From Nitrospirota bacterium (GTDB taxonomy: Bacteria; Nitrospirota; Nitrospiria; Nitrospirales; Nitrospiraceae), in NCBI GenBank assembly GCA_963703955.1, contig CAVPGK010000023.1, positions 64,001 through 128,000 on the forward strand: a stretch of 64,000 nucleotides of DNA. Direction: 5' to 3'. Position 1 is the first letter of the stretch. The number at the start of each line of letters is the position of its first letter. The position numbers and the translations under genes were made by a program. Shown here piece by piece: positions 43,540 to 53,916 of this stretch. Below the pieces are notes generated by a model. The model was not told the DNA's origin and made no database searches. It saw nothing but the letters and a program-made list of their open reading frames with translations.

Positions 43540-45081
43540 ATGAACGTGATGAACGTACGGGTGAAGCAAGGTCGGATCGAGCGTGAGCCGGCTGAAGTGT
43601 TGGTATTGAGTCATTTTGAAGATGAGGCGGGACTTTCCGGTCAAGCGGCTGCCATCGACCGCGCGTTACACGGCGCCCTCCGCAACCTTCTCAAGAACAG
43701 AGAGTTTCAGGGCAAGAGCAATCAGACGGTCCTGCTTCACACACAGGGCAACCTGCCCGCGAAGCGCGTCCTCCTGGTCGGTCTTGGAAAAAGAAAAGAT
43801 ACGCGCTTGGATACAGTGCGGCAGGCCATGGGGACTGCGGTCAAGCGGATACGTCAAGCCGGAGCCGGATCGTTCCTCACGCCGCTTCACGGTGATATGC
43901 TGCCGCGCACTTCTGCCCTCGAACTTGCCCAGGCGATGACGGAAGGCGCCATCCTCGGTGGGTACCAATTTACGGTCTATCGAAGCAATTCCTCTGAGGA
44001 ACCGAAAGACATCGACACAATGACGGTGGTCGAGCCGAGAACCGACGCGGCCAGCGCCGTGAAAGAAGGTGTTCGGCGTGGGGTGGCCAGCGCCGAAGCG
44101 ACGATGTTCGTGCGCGACCTTTGCAATCACCCCTCCAATGTCATGACTCCCACCCGTATTGCCCATGAAGCGAAGGCCATCGCTCGCGAGCACGGCGTCC
44201 GGGTCAAGATTCTGGAGCAGCGGGAGGTCGCTAAACTAGGTATGGGAGCGTTTCTGGGTGTCGCTCGCGGCAGCCACGAGCCGCCGAAATTCATCATCTT
44301 GGAATACCAAGGACAACGAGGCAGCGTTCGCGGGAACGGACGCCGGGGGAAACCGATCGTCCTGGTGGGTAAGACCATCACGTTCGATACCGGCGGCATC
44401 TCACTCAAGCCGGCCGAGAACATGGAGCAGATGAAAGCCGATATGACCGGCGGTGCGGAAGTTCTGGCGACGATACGCGCTGCATCTCGGCTGCGCTTAC
44501 CGCTCCACGTCATCGGGCTCCTCCCCGCGACCGAAAATATGCCGGGCGGACGGGCCATCAAGCCGGGAGACATTCTCAAGACGCTGTCGGGGCAGACGGT
44601 CGAGGTGCAGAACACCGACGCGGAAGGACGGCTGATTCTGGCTGATGGGTTGAACTATGCCACCCGGTACAAACCCGCGGCGATCGTTGACGTGGCCACG
44701 CTCACAGGCGCATGCATGGTTGCGCTGGGTCAGTTTGCCGTCGGCATGTTGGGGAACAACGACGGCCTGAAGCAGCGCATCCAGCAAGCCGGCCTGAAGG
44801 CGGGCGAGCGGGTCTGGGAAATGCCGCTCTGGGACGAATATTTCGAGCAGCTCAAGAGCGACGTGGCCGACATGCGCAATATCGGCGGCCGTGGCGGCGG
44901 GATGATTACGGCGGCCCTCTTTCTCAGCAAGTTCGTGGGAGATTGCCCCTGGGTGCATCTCGACATCGCCAGCACGGACTGGAGCGAACGTGAACGGGCG
45001 TACATCTCGAAAGGCCCCACCGGCATCGGAACCCGTCTATTGATTCAATTCCTTCTTCATGAGGCGACTGGCAAATCATGA
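43540..45081 (+). CDS. pepA: Leucyl aminopeptidase (M17)
   Basis: VGKTITFDTGGISLK, MKADMTG, NTDAEGRL and WVHLDIA motifs. Confidence 0.96.
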   Translation: MNVMNVRVKQGRIEREPAEVLVLSHFEDEAGLSGQAAAIDRALHGALRNLLKNREFQGKSNQTVLLHTQGNLPAKRVLLVGLGKRKDTRLDTVRQAMGTAVKRIRQAGAGSFLTPLHGDMLPRTSALELAQAMTEGAILGGYQFTVYRSNSSEEPKDIDTMTVVEPRTDAASAVKEGVRRGVASAEATMFVRDLCNHPSNVMTPTRIAHEAKAIAREHGVRVKILEQREVAKLGMGAFLGVARGSHEPPKFIILEYQGQRGSVRGNGRRGKPIVLVGKTITFDTGGISLKPAENMEQMKADMTGGAEVLATIRAASRLRLPLHVIGLLPATENMPGGRAIKPGDILKTLSGQTVEVQNTDAEGRLILADGLNYATRYKPAAIVDVATLTGACMVALGQFAVGMLGNNDGLKQRIQQAGLKAGERVWEMPLWDEYFEQLKSDVADMRNIGGRGGGMITAALFLSKFVGDCPWVHLDIASTDWSERERAYISKGPTGIGTRLLIQFLLHEATGKS

Positions 45082-45125
45082 GTGCGTGCAGCGTTTTCTT
45101 TTCGCCTCCGCCCACCCCAGGCGAT

Positions 45126-45190
45126 ATCTCACCAGCCCCACCCCGAGCCGGCCAAGACCGGCTCTTTCCCGTGGGACGCGCCCCCTCCCG
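45126..45190 (+). repeat. Hairpin repeat family D (copy 2), near CGCCCACCCCAGGCG direct repeats
   Basis: Matches 42604-42668; direct repeats at ~45109 and ~45199. Confidence 0.75.
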
Positions 45191-45304
45191 ATTGCACCCG
45201 CCCACCCCAGGCGCGTTCCGTAGCCGCGAAGTCTCGGCTGAGCGAGGTTCAATCAGACACATCCTTTCCCTGGCAGCCCGCAGCGTTCAGGCACAGGGCC
45301 GGCC

Positions 45305-46411
45305 ATGACGGACCTGCGCGATCAGATCGGCCAACTCTTCATGCTCGGATTTTCCGGGACGTCGGTGTCCTCGGAGCTCGCCGCACTCATGGCCGACTAT
45401 CGGCCCGGCGGGTTGATCGTCTTCTCGCGAAATCTCAAATCTGCCGGGCAGATCGCTTCGCTCACGAACGATCTCCAGAAGCTGGCGACAAACTCGCCGC
45501 TCCTACTGTCGATCGACCAGGAAGGCGGTCGCGTCTCACGACTGCCGGCCGGGTTCACGATCTTCCCGCCTTGCGCCGTGCTCGGGCATTGCGGATCAGC
45601 CGAGCTGGCCTACGCCGCCGCAGCCGCAACGGCAGTGGAACTGCGCGCCGTTGGCCTCAACATGAACATGGCGCCGGTCTTGGATGTGGATACCAACCCG
45701 GACAATCCCATCATCGGAGACCGGGCATTCGGCCCCAAGGCGGAGCAGGTCTGTGAGTTGGGGCTGGCGACCATGGCGGGCTTGCAGGACAATAAGGTCG
45801 TCGCCTGCGGCAAGCATTTTCCCGGACACGGAGATACCATTGCCGACTCGCACAAGGAGCTGCCGGTTGTCCGCGCGTCGGCCGAGCGGCTTCGGACGCT
45901 GGAACTGCGTCCGTTCCGGCACGCGATCGACAATGGCCTGGCCACGATCATGACCGCGCATGTCATGTATCCAAACCTAGATCCCACGTATCCCGCGACT
46001 CTCTCCTCCACGATTCTGACCGGCTTGCTCAGGGACGAGCTCCGATTCAACGGCGTCATTCTGACCGACGATCTGGAGATGCATGCGATCATCGATCACT
46101 ACGGTATTGAAGACGCCGTAGTGCGGGCATTTCAGGCCGGCGCCGATATCCTCCTGATCTGCAAAGACCGCGATCGCGAAGTCGCGGCGATGGAGGGCCT
46201 CTACCGTGGGGTCAAGGACGGGACCATTCCGATGACTCGAATCGAGGAATCCCTTCGCCGGATCGCGCGTCTCAAAGAGCGTTTTCTCACTCCCCAGGCC
46301 TCCGCCGACCTCCAAACTGCCAAACAGATCGTGGGAAGCCACGCGCACCGGACATTGTTGGAAACCATCCGACAAGCCGGTGAGCGACGTGCGGACAGAC
46401 CCTTCTCATGA
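45305..46411 (+). CDS. nagZ: Beta-N-acetylhexosaminidase (GH3)
   Basis: IDQEGGRV, KHFPGHGDTIADSH and TDDLEM motifs. Confidence 0.95.
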   Translation: MTDLRDQIGQLFMLGFSGTSVSSELAALMADYRPGGLIVFSRNLKSAGQIASLTNDLQKLATNSPLLLSIDQEGGRVSRLPAGFTIFPPCAVLGHCGSAELAYAAAAATAVELRAVGLNMNMAPVLDVDTNPDNPIIGDRAFGPKAEQVCELGLATMAGLQDNKVVACGKHFPGHGDTIADSHKELPVVRASAERLRTLELRPFRHAIDNGLATIMTAHVMYPNLDPTYPATLSSTILTGLLRDELRFNGVILTDDLEMHAIIDHYGIEDAVVRAFQAGADILLICKDRDREVAAMEGLYRGVKDGTIPMTRIEESLRRIARLKERFLTPQASADLQTAKQIVGSHAHRTLLETIRQAGERRADRPFS

Positions 46412-46454
46412 GCCCTTCTCCCTCGGCTCTTCTTCTCGATCTGCCGTGAAAGCC

Positions 46455-47720
46455 ATGCCCGTCAGCCGGAAAGAGCTTTGGGCATGGTGCATGTATGATT
46501 TCGCCAATTCCTCGTTCACGACGCTCATCGTCACGGTCGCCTACAGCGTGTACTTCGTTCAGGTCGTCGCCGCTCATCTGGGGGATGGAACCGCAGAGCG
46601 GGTGTGGTTCTGGGGATATGCCGCCTCCATGTTCGTGGTGGCGTTGCTCTCACCGACGCTGGGAGCGCTTGCCGACGCGCGCGCTGCAAAACGAACCTTT
46701 CTTATCATCTCCACGCTCGTCTGCGTCGCCTGCACCGCGCTCCTTGCCTTCGTGCAACCGGGGGACGTCTGGTTGGGTTTGATCCTCTTCGGCATGGCGA
46801 ATGTCGCGTTCGACCTCGGCTTTCTCTTCTGCAGCGCCTTTCTGGTCGAGATCACGGCTCCATCAACGATGGGTCGGATCTCCGGGTATGGATGGGGACT
46901 GGGCTACGTCGGCGGCCTCTTGTCCCTGGCGCTGGCCTATCCCTTCATCAAAGGCGGCTTCGGACCGGAGAACCTCGGACTCTACCAGCTCAGCTTTGCG
47001 GTGACCGCGCTCTTTTTTTTACTGGCCGCGCTGCCGACGTTCTTCTTTCTGAAAGAGCGGGCGGTTCCGCAGAGCGTCACGACCGGGGCTCCGCTCTGGC
47101 GAGAGGCCCTGAACAGGTTGGCGATGACGAGGCGACAACTCGGGCGGTATCGAGATTTAGCCGTCTACTTGATCGGATACCTCATTTACACGGACGCGAT
47201 CAACACGGTGATCGTCGCCTCGGCGATTTTCGCGAACAAAGTCCTGGACTTTTCACCGGGCGATCTGATTATCTATTTTCTCATTACGCAGATCACCGCG
47301 GGATTGGGTGCGGTCGCATTCGGGGTGCTGGCCGATCGGATCGGTGCCAAACGGACGATCAGCTTGACGCTGGTGATGTGGATCATCCTGTCCGTCGGCG
47401 CGTCGGCAGTTCAGACCCATGCCCAGTTTTATGTCATCGGATTGATCGCCGGGGCAGCCCTCGGCGCGAACCAGTCCGCCAGCCGGATGCTCCTCGGCCG
47501 ATTTACGCCGGTCGGGCGCCAAGGCGAATTTTTTGGATTCTTTTCCGTCACAGGAAAATTCGCCGCCATCATCGGACCGCTGGTCTATGGCGAAGTCACC
47601 GCCTGGACAGGCAGCCAGCGCTGGGCGGTCCTCTCGATGGCGGTGTTCTTCGCCATCGGCCTCGCCGTCTTTCAGGCCGTCAACGAACACCGAGGGATCG
47701 CGGTCGCACATGAATCATGA
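46455..47720 (+). CDS. MFS transporter, UMF1/Atg22-like
   Basis: WCMYDFANS, GRISGYGWGLGYVGG, QSASR and GEFFGFF motifs. Confidence 0.88.
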   Translation: MPVSRKELWAWCMYDFANSSFTTLIVTVAYSVYFVQVVAAHLGDGTAERVWFWGYAASMFVVALLSPTLGALADARAAKRTFLIISTLVCVACTALLAFVQPGDVWLGLILFGMANVAFDLGFLFCSAFLVEITAPSTMGRISGYGWGLGYVGGLLSLALAYPFIKGGFGPENLGLYQLSFAVTALFFLLAALPTFFFLKERAVPQSVTTGAPLWREALNRLAMTRRQLGRYRDLAVYLIGYLIYTDAINTVIVASAIFANKVLDFSPGDLIIYFLITQITAGLGAVAFGVLADRIGAKRTISLTLVMWIILSVGASAVQTHAQFYVIGLIAGAALGANQSASRMLLGRFTPVGRQGEFFGFFSVTGKFAAIIGPLVYGEVTAWTGSQRWAVLSMAVFFAIGLAVFQAVNEHRGIAVAHES

Positions 47721-47811
47721 GCTCTCAGCCACCAGCAAGCAGTGTTCAGCGACGAAAGGAATTTCTCTCTACGCTGAACGTTGATAGCTGATCGTTAGAA
47801 CAAGGAACATC

Positions 47812-48204
47812 ATGCCACTCAAGAAAGGCGACATTCTTGACGAGCAGAAGCGGCATCCGGACAGTTGCGGGCTGGTGGTCAAGGTTATGGGCGGTGGAGA
47901 GGGATTTGAAAGAATCGTCTGCTGCGATCACGACCTCACGGAAGAGGATGGGGTGTCGCAGGTTGGCTCCACGAGGGGCCGGAAAAAGGGAGCCTTGCCG
48001 GTCGGCGTGATCCTGGATGAAAGGAAGCTCTATCCCAACTCCTGCGGGCTGCGCGTCATGATTATGGACGGCGGCGAGGGGTTCCGCGAAATCATCTGTT
48101 GCGGTCACTCCTTGACAATGAATGCGATGAAGGAACTCAACTTCGGGCAAAGGCGCGACGCGTTTCCATCCGACCCAGGACCCGGCCCACAAGGCACCGC
48201 ATAA
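47812..48204 (+). CDS. Tandem desulforedoxin-like small metal-binding protein
   Basis: Two repeats of G.ILDE...P.SCGL.V..M.GGEGF..I.CC, resembling desulforedoxin CG.VV.V...GGG.LVCC. Confidence 0.6.
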   Translation: MPLKKGDILDEQKRHPDSCGLVVKVMGGGEGFERIVCCDHDLTEEDGVSQVGSTRGRKKGALPVGVILDERKLYPNSCGLRVMIMDGGEGFREIICCGHSLTMNAMKELNFGQRRDAFPSDPGPGPQGTA

Positions 48205-48263
48205 GGAATAGCAATAGAGGATAGCGAATGGCTCTGAGCTGCTAGCTATTCGCTCCCACAAAA

Positions 48264-48737
48264 ATGGGCGACCGCACTGAATCCATAAAACAGTGGTTAA
48301 CGTGGATGGATTGGCTCGACCGTTGGGGGTACATTACTGCGGGCCTGAGCCTGCTCGTGCTCGGCATGCTGATCTTCGCGCACAGCTGGTTCGTCTTCGT
48401 GGTCGATGCGACTCAGAAGACAGGCATGCTGGTTGCCGGCCTACAACTCCTGAACGACCTCCTGCTCGTGATCATCTTGCTGGAGCTGTTCCGTACGGTC
48501 GTGCGATTTCTCCAGACCGAAATTCTCGCCCTCGAGCCGTACTTGGCCGTCGGGATCATCGCCTGCACGAGGCGAATTTTGACCGGCAGCGCTGAACTCT
48601 CTCATATGCCTGAGGTCACCGATGAGCTGTTCAACCGATATCTGATGGATGTCGGCGTGAACGTGGCGGTGATTATGGTCCTCGTCATCGCCGTCTTTCT
48701 CGTTCGCAAACGACCGGACCTTGCCGCACAAAGGTGA
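48264..48737 (+). CDS. PsiE family membrane protein
   Basis: LLLVIILLELFRTV and PYLAVGIIACTRRIL motifs; 4 TMs. Confidence 0.85.
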   Translation: MGDRTESIKQWLTWMDWLDRWGYITAGLSLLVLGMLIFAHSWFVFVVDATQKTGMLVAGLQLLNDLLLVIILLELFRTVVRFLQTEILALEPYLAVGIIACTRRILTGSAELSHMPEVTDELFNRYLMDVGVNVAVIMVLVIAVFLVRKRPDLAAQR

Positions 48738-48743
48738 GGCTCC

Positions 48744-48839
48744 TTATTCATCGCTCGCGCACCTCGGCGGCGTCTGCTCACGTGACGCCCATTATTCCTC
48801 GCGTCGCGGAGCTCGCACCACCGTTCATCAATAATCCGG
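48744..48839 (+). repeat. Short or deleted copy of palindromic element family B
   Basis: CTCGGCGGCGTC.GC..ACGTGACGC...TTATTCCTCGCGTCGCGGA.CTCGC...TTCA..AA.AATCCGG matches the right half of 56672-56978. Confidence 0.75.
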
Positions 48840-48864
48840 TCCAGCCACTCCGGATCTCTCCACG

Positions 48865-50385
48865 ATGTCGCCACTGGGGATCCTCGACACACTCATGACG
48901 GGGGAAGAACCGGTCCGCTGGAGTACGCATGGGCACGTCACAGCCTTGGCGGCGGGGCCGGCGGCAGCCCTATTTCTGTTCCTGATCCCAATGCCCGCCC
49001 TGACTGCCGACGCGCATGCACTAGCGGCGATCCTCAGTTGTGTGATCCTGTATTGGATTCTGGAACCGATCCCGCTGCCGGTCACGTCACTGCTCGGGGC
49101 AGCCGCTTGCGTGGTGGCCGGGCTCGGGTCTGCGAAAAGCATCTTTGCCTCCTTCGGGCATCCCATCATCTTTCTCTTCATCGGCAGTTTTCTTTTGGCT
49201 GAGGCCATGGCTGTTCACGGTGTCGATCGGCGAGTGGCGACCGGAATTCTCTCCCTCTCGTGGGTCGGCGCCCGACCTTCACGGATTCTGCTGGCAGTAG
49301 GCGCCGCGACGGCGGTCATCTCGATGTGGATCAGCAACACCGCCGCCACTGCGCTGATGCTTCCGATCGGATTGGGTGTGCTGAGCACGCTTCGGGACGC
49401 GTCGAGCGAGAACGTCGGACCGTATCGTACCGGCATGATGTTGATGCTGTCCTATGCCGCGACGGCCGGAGGCATGGCCACGATCATCGGCACCCCACCG
49501 AACCTGATTGGCGCGGGACTCATTGCCCAACAGACGGGCGTCACGATTTCATTTCTGACCTGGCTGCTGTTCGGCCTTCCCTTAGCGATTGTCACACTCT
49601 TCTCGGCCTGGGGGCTGCTCCTCACGTTGTTCCAGTCTCATGTGCCGGTTCTCCCCGGCATCCACAAGTCAGTTCGAGATCAGCGGCGAGGACTGGGCGA
49701 ATGGACGCGCGGACAGATGAATGCGTGTGTCGCGTTCGGCGTGGCGGCGTTTTTGTGGGTCGCGCCGAGCTTGGTGGCAGCCGTGGACGGACCGGACAAT
49801 GCCGTGGTGGTCTGGATCGAGGCGCATCTCCCGAACGAGTTGGTCGCTCTGCTCGCCGCCGGCTTGCTGTTCGTCCTTCCCACGGACCTGCGCAACGGAA
49901 GGTTTACGCTGTCCTGGAAGGAAGCGACGAACATCAACTGGGGCATCATCCTCCTGTTTGGGGGAGGGCTGGCCTTTGGGGATCTGATGATGAAGACCGG
50001 ACTCTCACACGCCATCGGAGAAGGATTCGTCACATTCTTCGGCGTGAAGACAGTCTGGGGTCTGACCGCCATTGCGATCCTTTCTGGCGTCATTGTGAGC
50101 GAGTTGGCCTCAAACACCGCGTCGGCGAGCCTGCTCATTCCGGTGGTCATCGCAATCGCGCAGGCCGCGGGCGTCTCTGCAGTGCCGCCGGCGCTCGGCG
50201 CTTGCCTCGGCGCCAGTCTGGGATTTGCCTTACCAGTCTCGACTGCTCCGAACGCCATCGTCTATGGCACCGGACTGGTCCCCATGCGAAGCATGATCCG
50301 CGCCGGTGTCTTGTTCGATATACTCGGCGCGATCCTGATCTGGATCACACTCCGAATTCTGTGTCCGGCCATCGGACTCGTGTGA
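48865..50385 (+). CDS. DASS/SLC13 sodium:anion symporter
   Basis: EPIPLPVT, SMWISNTA, IGTPPN, WGIILLFGGG, ELASNTA and PVSTAPNAIVYG motifs. Confidence 0.92.
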   Translation: MSPLGILDTLMTGEEPVRWSTHGHVTALAAGPAAALFLFLIPMPALTADAHALAAILSCVILYWILEPIPLPVTSLLGAAACVVAGLGSAKSIFASFGHPIIFLFIGSFLLAEAMAVHGVDRRVATGILSLSWVGARPSRILLAVGAATAVISMWISNTAATALMLPIGLGVLSTLRDASSENVGPYRTGMMLMLSYAATAGGMATIIGTPPNLIGAGLIAQQTGVTISFLTWLLFGLPLAIVTLFSAWGLLLTLFQSHVPVLPGIHKSVRDQRRGLGEWTRGQMNACVAFGVAAFLWVAPSLVAAVDGPDNAVVVWIEAHLPNELVALLAAGLLFVLPTDLRNGRFTLSWKEATNINWGIILLFGGGLAFGDLMMKTGLSHAIGEGFVTFFGVKTVWGLTAIAILSGVIVSELASNTASASLLIPVVIAIAQAAGVSAVPPALGACLGASLGFALPVSTAPNAIVYGTGLVPMRSMIRAGVLFDILGAILIWITLRILCPAIGLV

Positions 50386-50457
50386 ATCTCTTCGCTCTCT
50401 TGAATGGACCGACCGGATATGGCATCATGCGCCCTCTCGTTGGTGAAGTGAAACATA

Positions 50458-50922
50458 ATGGCGAACCTCTTGGAATACGTCGGCAACATTCACATCTTTC
50501 TCGGCCCGTACCGAGGGAATCCTATCTCCCTGTACTTGAAACGTGGCTCTAACGGGTGCGAAATCGCGCCGAAGGTCTATCCTTGGAATGAGGTGGTGGG
50601 GAAAGGGGAGACACCCAATCGGGCCGCTGCCGATTTTGAAGAGAAGTGGAAAGCGAAAAGTCTCTCGGCCGAGATGTACACCGGTCCGTCCTGGCAAGGC
50701 GGGATCAAACCCGAGAAACCGGCGCCGCCGAAGCCGCCGGCCGCCGCTAAACCTGTCGCTCCGGCCGCTGCTCCGGGGACGGAACCGAAGGGTGCCGACA
50801 CCACTCCCGCCAAACCGGCGGTAACCGCTACTCCCGCGGCCGATAAGAAAGCCGCGGCTGCTCCTGCTGCGAACCCCGACATGGCGGCCACTCCTACCAA
50901 ACCCACCGGAGAGCCCACCTAG
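50458..50922 (+). CDS. Hypothetical protein with Pro/Ala/Lys-rich tail
   Basis: Globular ~80-aa N-terminus plus low-complexity C-terminus. Confidence 0.7.
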   Translation: MANLLEYVGNIHIFLGPYRGNPISLYLKRGSNGCEIAPKVYPWNEVVGKGETPNRAAADFEEKWKAKSLSAEMYTGPSWQGGIKPEKPAPPKPPAAAKPVAPAAAPGTEPKGADTTPAKPAVTATPAADKKAAAAPAANPDMAATPTKPTGEPT

Positions 50923-50944
50923 ACCGGCTTTCGCCTACCGTTGC

Positions 50945-52405
50945 TTACTCTCCGGCCTCCGCGACGATGTCGTTCGACGACAAGGTTCCATTGGCCAGCT
51001 TGCTGTGTTTCATCCCATAGCCGAGATAAATGACGACCCCAATCACGGTCCACACCGCAAACCGGACCCAGGTCAGGGTCGGCAGAAAGGCCATCAGCCC
51101 GAGGCACGCCGCGATTCCCAACAACGCCACCCACGGCATGAAAGGAACTCGAAATGGTCGCGGATGGGCAGGCCGGGCCCGCCGCAGGATGATGACCCCG
51201 AAGCAGACGAGCACAAAGGCGAAGAGCGTGCCGATATTGGTCATGTCCGCCGCCTCGCCGATCGGCACGAGCGCCGCGAGCACGGCTACCGCCACACCGG
51301 TGAGAATCGTCGCGCGATGGGGTGTCCGATACCGTGGATGGACGACAGCAAGCCATGGTCCCAGCAGTTGGTCACGTGACATGGCGAAGAACACCCGGAT
51401 CTGTCCCATCATCATGACCACCAGCACGCTGGTAATCCCTGCGACCGCCCCTACCGCCACCAAGGCCGCTCCCCACTGGAACCCTGCGACCCGCAACGCT
51501 TCGGCCACCGGCGCATGCACATCGATCTTCGTATAGGGAATCATGCCGGTGAGCACGGCGGCCACCAAGACATAGAGGACCGTACAGATGCTCAGGGAGG
51601 TAATGATGCCGATCGGGAGATCGCGCTGCGGATTTTTTGCTTCTTCGGCGGTCGTGGACACGGCGTCGAACCCGACGTACGCGAAGAAGACGATGGCGGC
51701 GGCGGCCCCGACCCCCTCAAACCCGTAGGGCATGAACGGCGACCAGTTCCTTGGTTCTATCGATGAGGACCCCACCGCGATGAAAAAGAGGACGACAGCC
51801 AGTTTTATCAACACGATCACACCGGTAGTGCGAGCGCTTTCCTTCACGCCGATCACGAGCACCACCGTCACCAGCAGCACAATGATCGCGGCGGGCAAAT
51901 TGGCCACCCCGCCTTCGAGCGAGCCGGGCGCATGGGTGGCCCATACCGGCAAGTCGATGCCGAGGGTTCTCAGGATGTTGTTAAAGTAGCCGGACCACCC
52001 GATTGCGACGGCGACACAAGCCACGCCATACTCGAGGATGAGGTTCCACCCCGTGATCCAGGCCAGGAACTCCCCCAATGTCGCGTACGAATAGGTGTAC
52101 GCGCTGCCTGCGACCGGAATCATTGCGGCCAGCTCCGCGTAGCAGAGCGCGGCCAAAGCACAGGTGATGCCGGACAGGACAAACGACAGCACAATACCGG
52201 GTCCGGCTCCGGGACGATGGGCGTCGCCCACCACGGCCGTACCGATGAGCACGAAAATGCCGGTCCCGATGATCGCTCCGATGCCCAGGGCGGTTAGATC
52301 CCAGACCGTGAGCGTTTTTTTCAGGCGGTGCTCGGGACGATCGCTATCCGCGAGGATTTGCTCAATGGGTTTGACGCGCAAGAGAGAATCGGTTGGATGC
52401 GACAC
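50945..52405 (-). CDS. Amino acid permease (APC/CAT family)
   Basis: GTG 52405 with GGAG RBS; GIGAIIGTGIF, CYAELAAMIPVAGSAY, FFAYVGFD and NIGTLFAF motifs. Confidence 0.92.
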   Translation of the reverse strand: MSHPTDSLLRVKPIEQILADSDRPEHRLKKTLTVWDLTALGIGAIIGTGIFVLIGTAVVGDAHRPGAGPGIVLSFVLSGITCALAALCYAELAAMIPVAGSAYTYSYATLGEFLAWITGWNLILEYGVACVAVAIGWSGYFNNILRTLGIDLPVWATHAPGSLEGGVANLPAAIIVLLVTVVLVIGVKESARTTGVIVLIKLAVVLFFIAVGSSSIEPRNWSPFMPYGFEGVGAAAAIVFFAYVGFDAVSTTAEEAKNPQRDLPIGIITSLSICTVLYVLVAAVLTGMIPYTKIDVHAPVAEALRVAGFQWGAALVAVGAVAGITSVLVVMMMGQIRVFFAMSRDQLLGPWLAVVHPRYRTPHRATILTGVAVAVLAALVPIGEAADMTNIGTLFAFVLVCFGVIILRRARPAHPRPFRVPFMPWVALLGIAACLGLMAFLPTLTWVRFAVWTVIGVVIYLGYGMKHSKLANGTLSSNDIVAEAGE

Positions 52406-52544
52406 TCGGCCTCCATTCGATGACAGTGGACAAGACAATGTTACCAGGGTTTCCAAAAAAGGAGTGCCGGCGACGGTTGGGAGGTTGCTCAGGAGCGACC
52501 GTGAAGGGGCTATGCAGCCGAGCGGCACAGGAGCATCCTTTTTC

Positions 52545-53281
52545 TTAGCATGCTTTTCGGGCGACCTTGAGAAAGGCCTGGAACAGCCTCCGATGCACGT
52601 CATGACGGTCATAGAGAAATTCGGGATGCCACTGGACCCCAAGCAGGAAGGGATGCGAGGGGACTCGATGGCTTCGATCACCCCGTCTGGAGCCACCGCG
52701 CTGGCCACCAGCGACGGCGCGACCTGCTTCACGGACTGATGATGGGAGCTATTCACGCGGATCTTCGCCGCTCGGGCGATCGTCCTGAGCAGGCTTCCAG
52801 GTGCGACGTCGATCGAGTGAGATAACCGGGTCGCCGGGAGAGGTGACCGATGGGGGAGCGCCGACTTGAGCTGTGATGAAATATCCTGGACGAGACTTCC
52901 GCCCAAGGCCACATTCATCGCCTGCATGCCGCCACAGATCCCCAAGACCGGCAGGTCGCTGTCAGCCGCCATTCTGGCGATATCCAGCTCAAAGTCATAG
53001 CGCTGCCGGCTGACCACCCGAAATGCGTATCGCTGGTGTTCGCGGTAGAGGCTGGGAGGAAGGTCCGGACCGCTGCCGGTCAGCAACAGACCGTGCACTC
53101 CCTTCAACAAACCACGCCGGACAGCTCGATCCTCCGCCAGCGGCAAGATCAGCGGTACGCCACCGAGTTCTTCGATGGCCCGGACATAGCGAGCCCGCAG
53201 GAAATAGGTCGGCTCACGGCCCCCCATGTCCTCACGATCGCCGGCATTGAAATCCGGCGTCACCCCGATAATGGGCTTCAT
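52545..53281 (-). CDS. Gamma-glutamyl-GABA hydrolase / peptidase C26 (PuuD-like); frameshift near 52660
   Basis: KPIIGVT, LGICGGMQ, VNSSHHQ; alternate frame gives LGVQWHPE and a stop at 52545. Confidence 0.88.
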
Positions 53282-53305
53282 GCGAACGGCGTCAGGACGC
53301 GTGGA

Positions 53306-53785
53306 TTATTTCATCGGCTCCGGTGTTGACATCGGCTCGAGAGAAGGCGTCGGTTCATGGATCGGCTGTTCCGACACCTCTTCGTCTTCCGGCGGCACGC
53401 CGAGGAAGCGCACCGCCTTTTCCCCTTTCAGGTGTTCAGGGGTAATCACATAGGTGCCCCGCATACTGGTGTTCCAGACTGCGCTGGCTGCCTTTTTGTC
53501 CCCCGCACTGAATGCGTAGGTAAACCCGCCGAAGATTCCTCCGAGAGTGGCGAACATGAATTTTCCGATTCCGTACGGGATAGACAGGAAGACACTGGCC
53601 GCGCCGAGCCCATACTGGGTGCCGGTACTCTGGCGACGCTCATCAGACCCGCCACCCATCTCTTGAGCCCAGCCCGACGGAACCACCGCGAGGTGAAAGA
53701 AGGCCACAGCCAACACGATGGCCGTCATCCGAAACCGGACGGCTTCAGATTTGACCTGTTTCCGATCTACATCGAAATGTCCCAC
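53306..53785 (-). CDS. Hypothetical membrane or secreted protein
   Basis: GGAGG RBS; signal-like segment and Gly-rich hydrophobic helices. Confidence 0.7.
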   Translation of the reverse strand: MGHFDVDRKQVKSEAVRFRMTAIVLAVAFFHLAVVPSGWAQEMGGGSDERRQSTGTQYGLGAASVFLSIPYGIGKFMFATLGGIFGGFTYAFSAGDKKAASAVWNTSMRGTYVITPEHLKGEKAVRFLGVPPEDEEVSEQPIHEPTPSLEPMSTPEPMK

Positions 53786-53916
53786 TGTTGACCTCCTTAA
53801 CGCTCACGTCTGCGTGTTCGTCATGGCGCAATGCGTGACAGTAGTTACAACAAATCGGGGCCGGATGCAACACTCAATATCATGGTGCGTCGTGATGAGG
53901 ACGCGCAGACCTCCGG

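Noticed and set aside
50945..53281. Apparent 778-aa fusion of a C26 amidohydrolase with an amino acid permease
   Set aside because: The catalytic GVQWHPE motif and a stop (52545) lie in another frame after an indel near 52660, and the permease has its own GTG and RBS at 52405; the fusion is an artefact.
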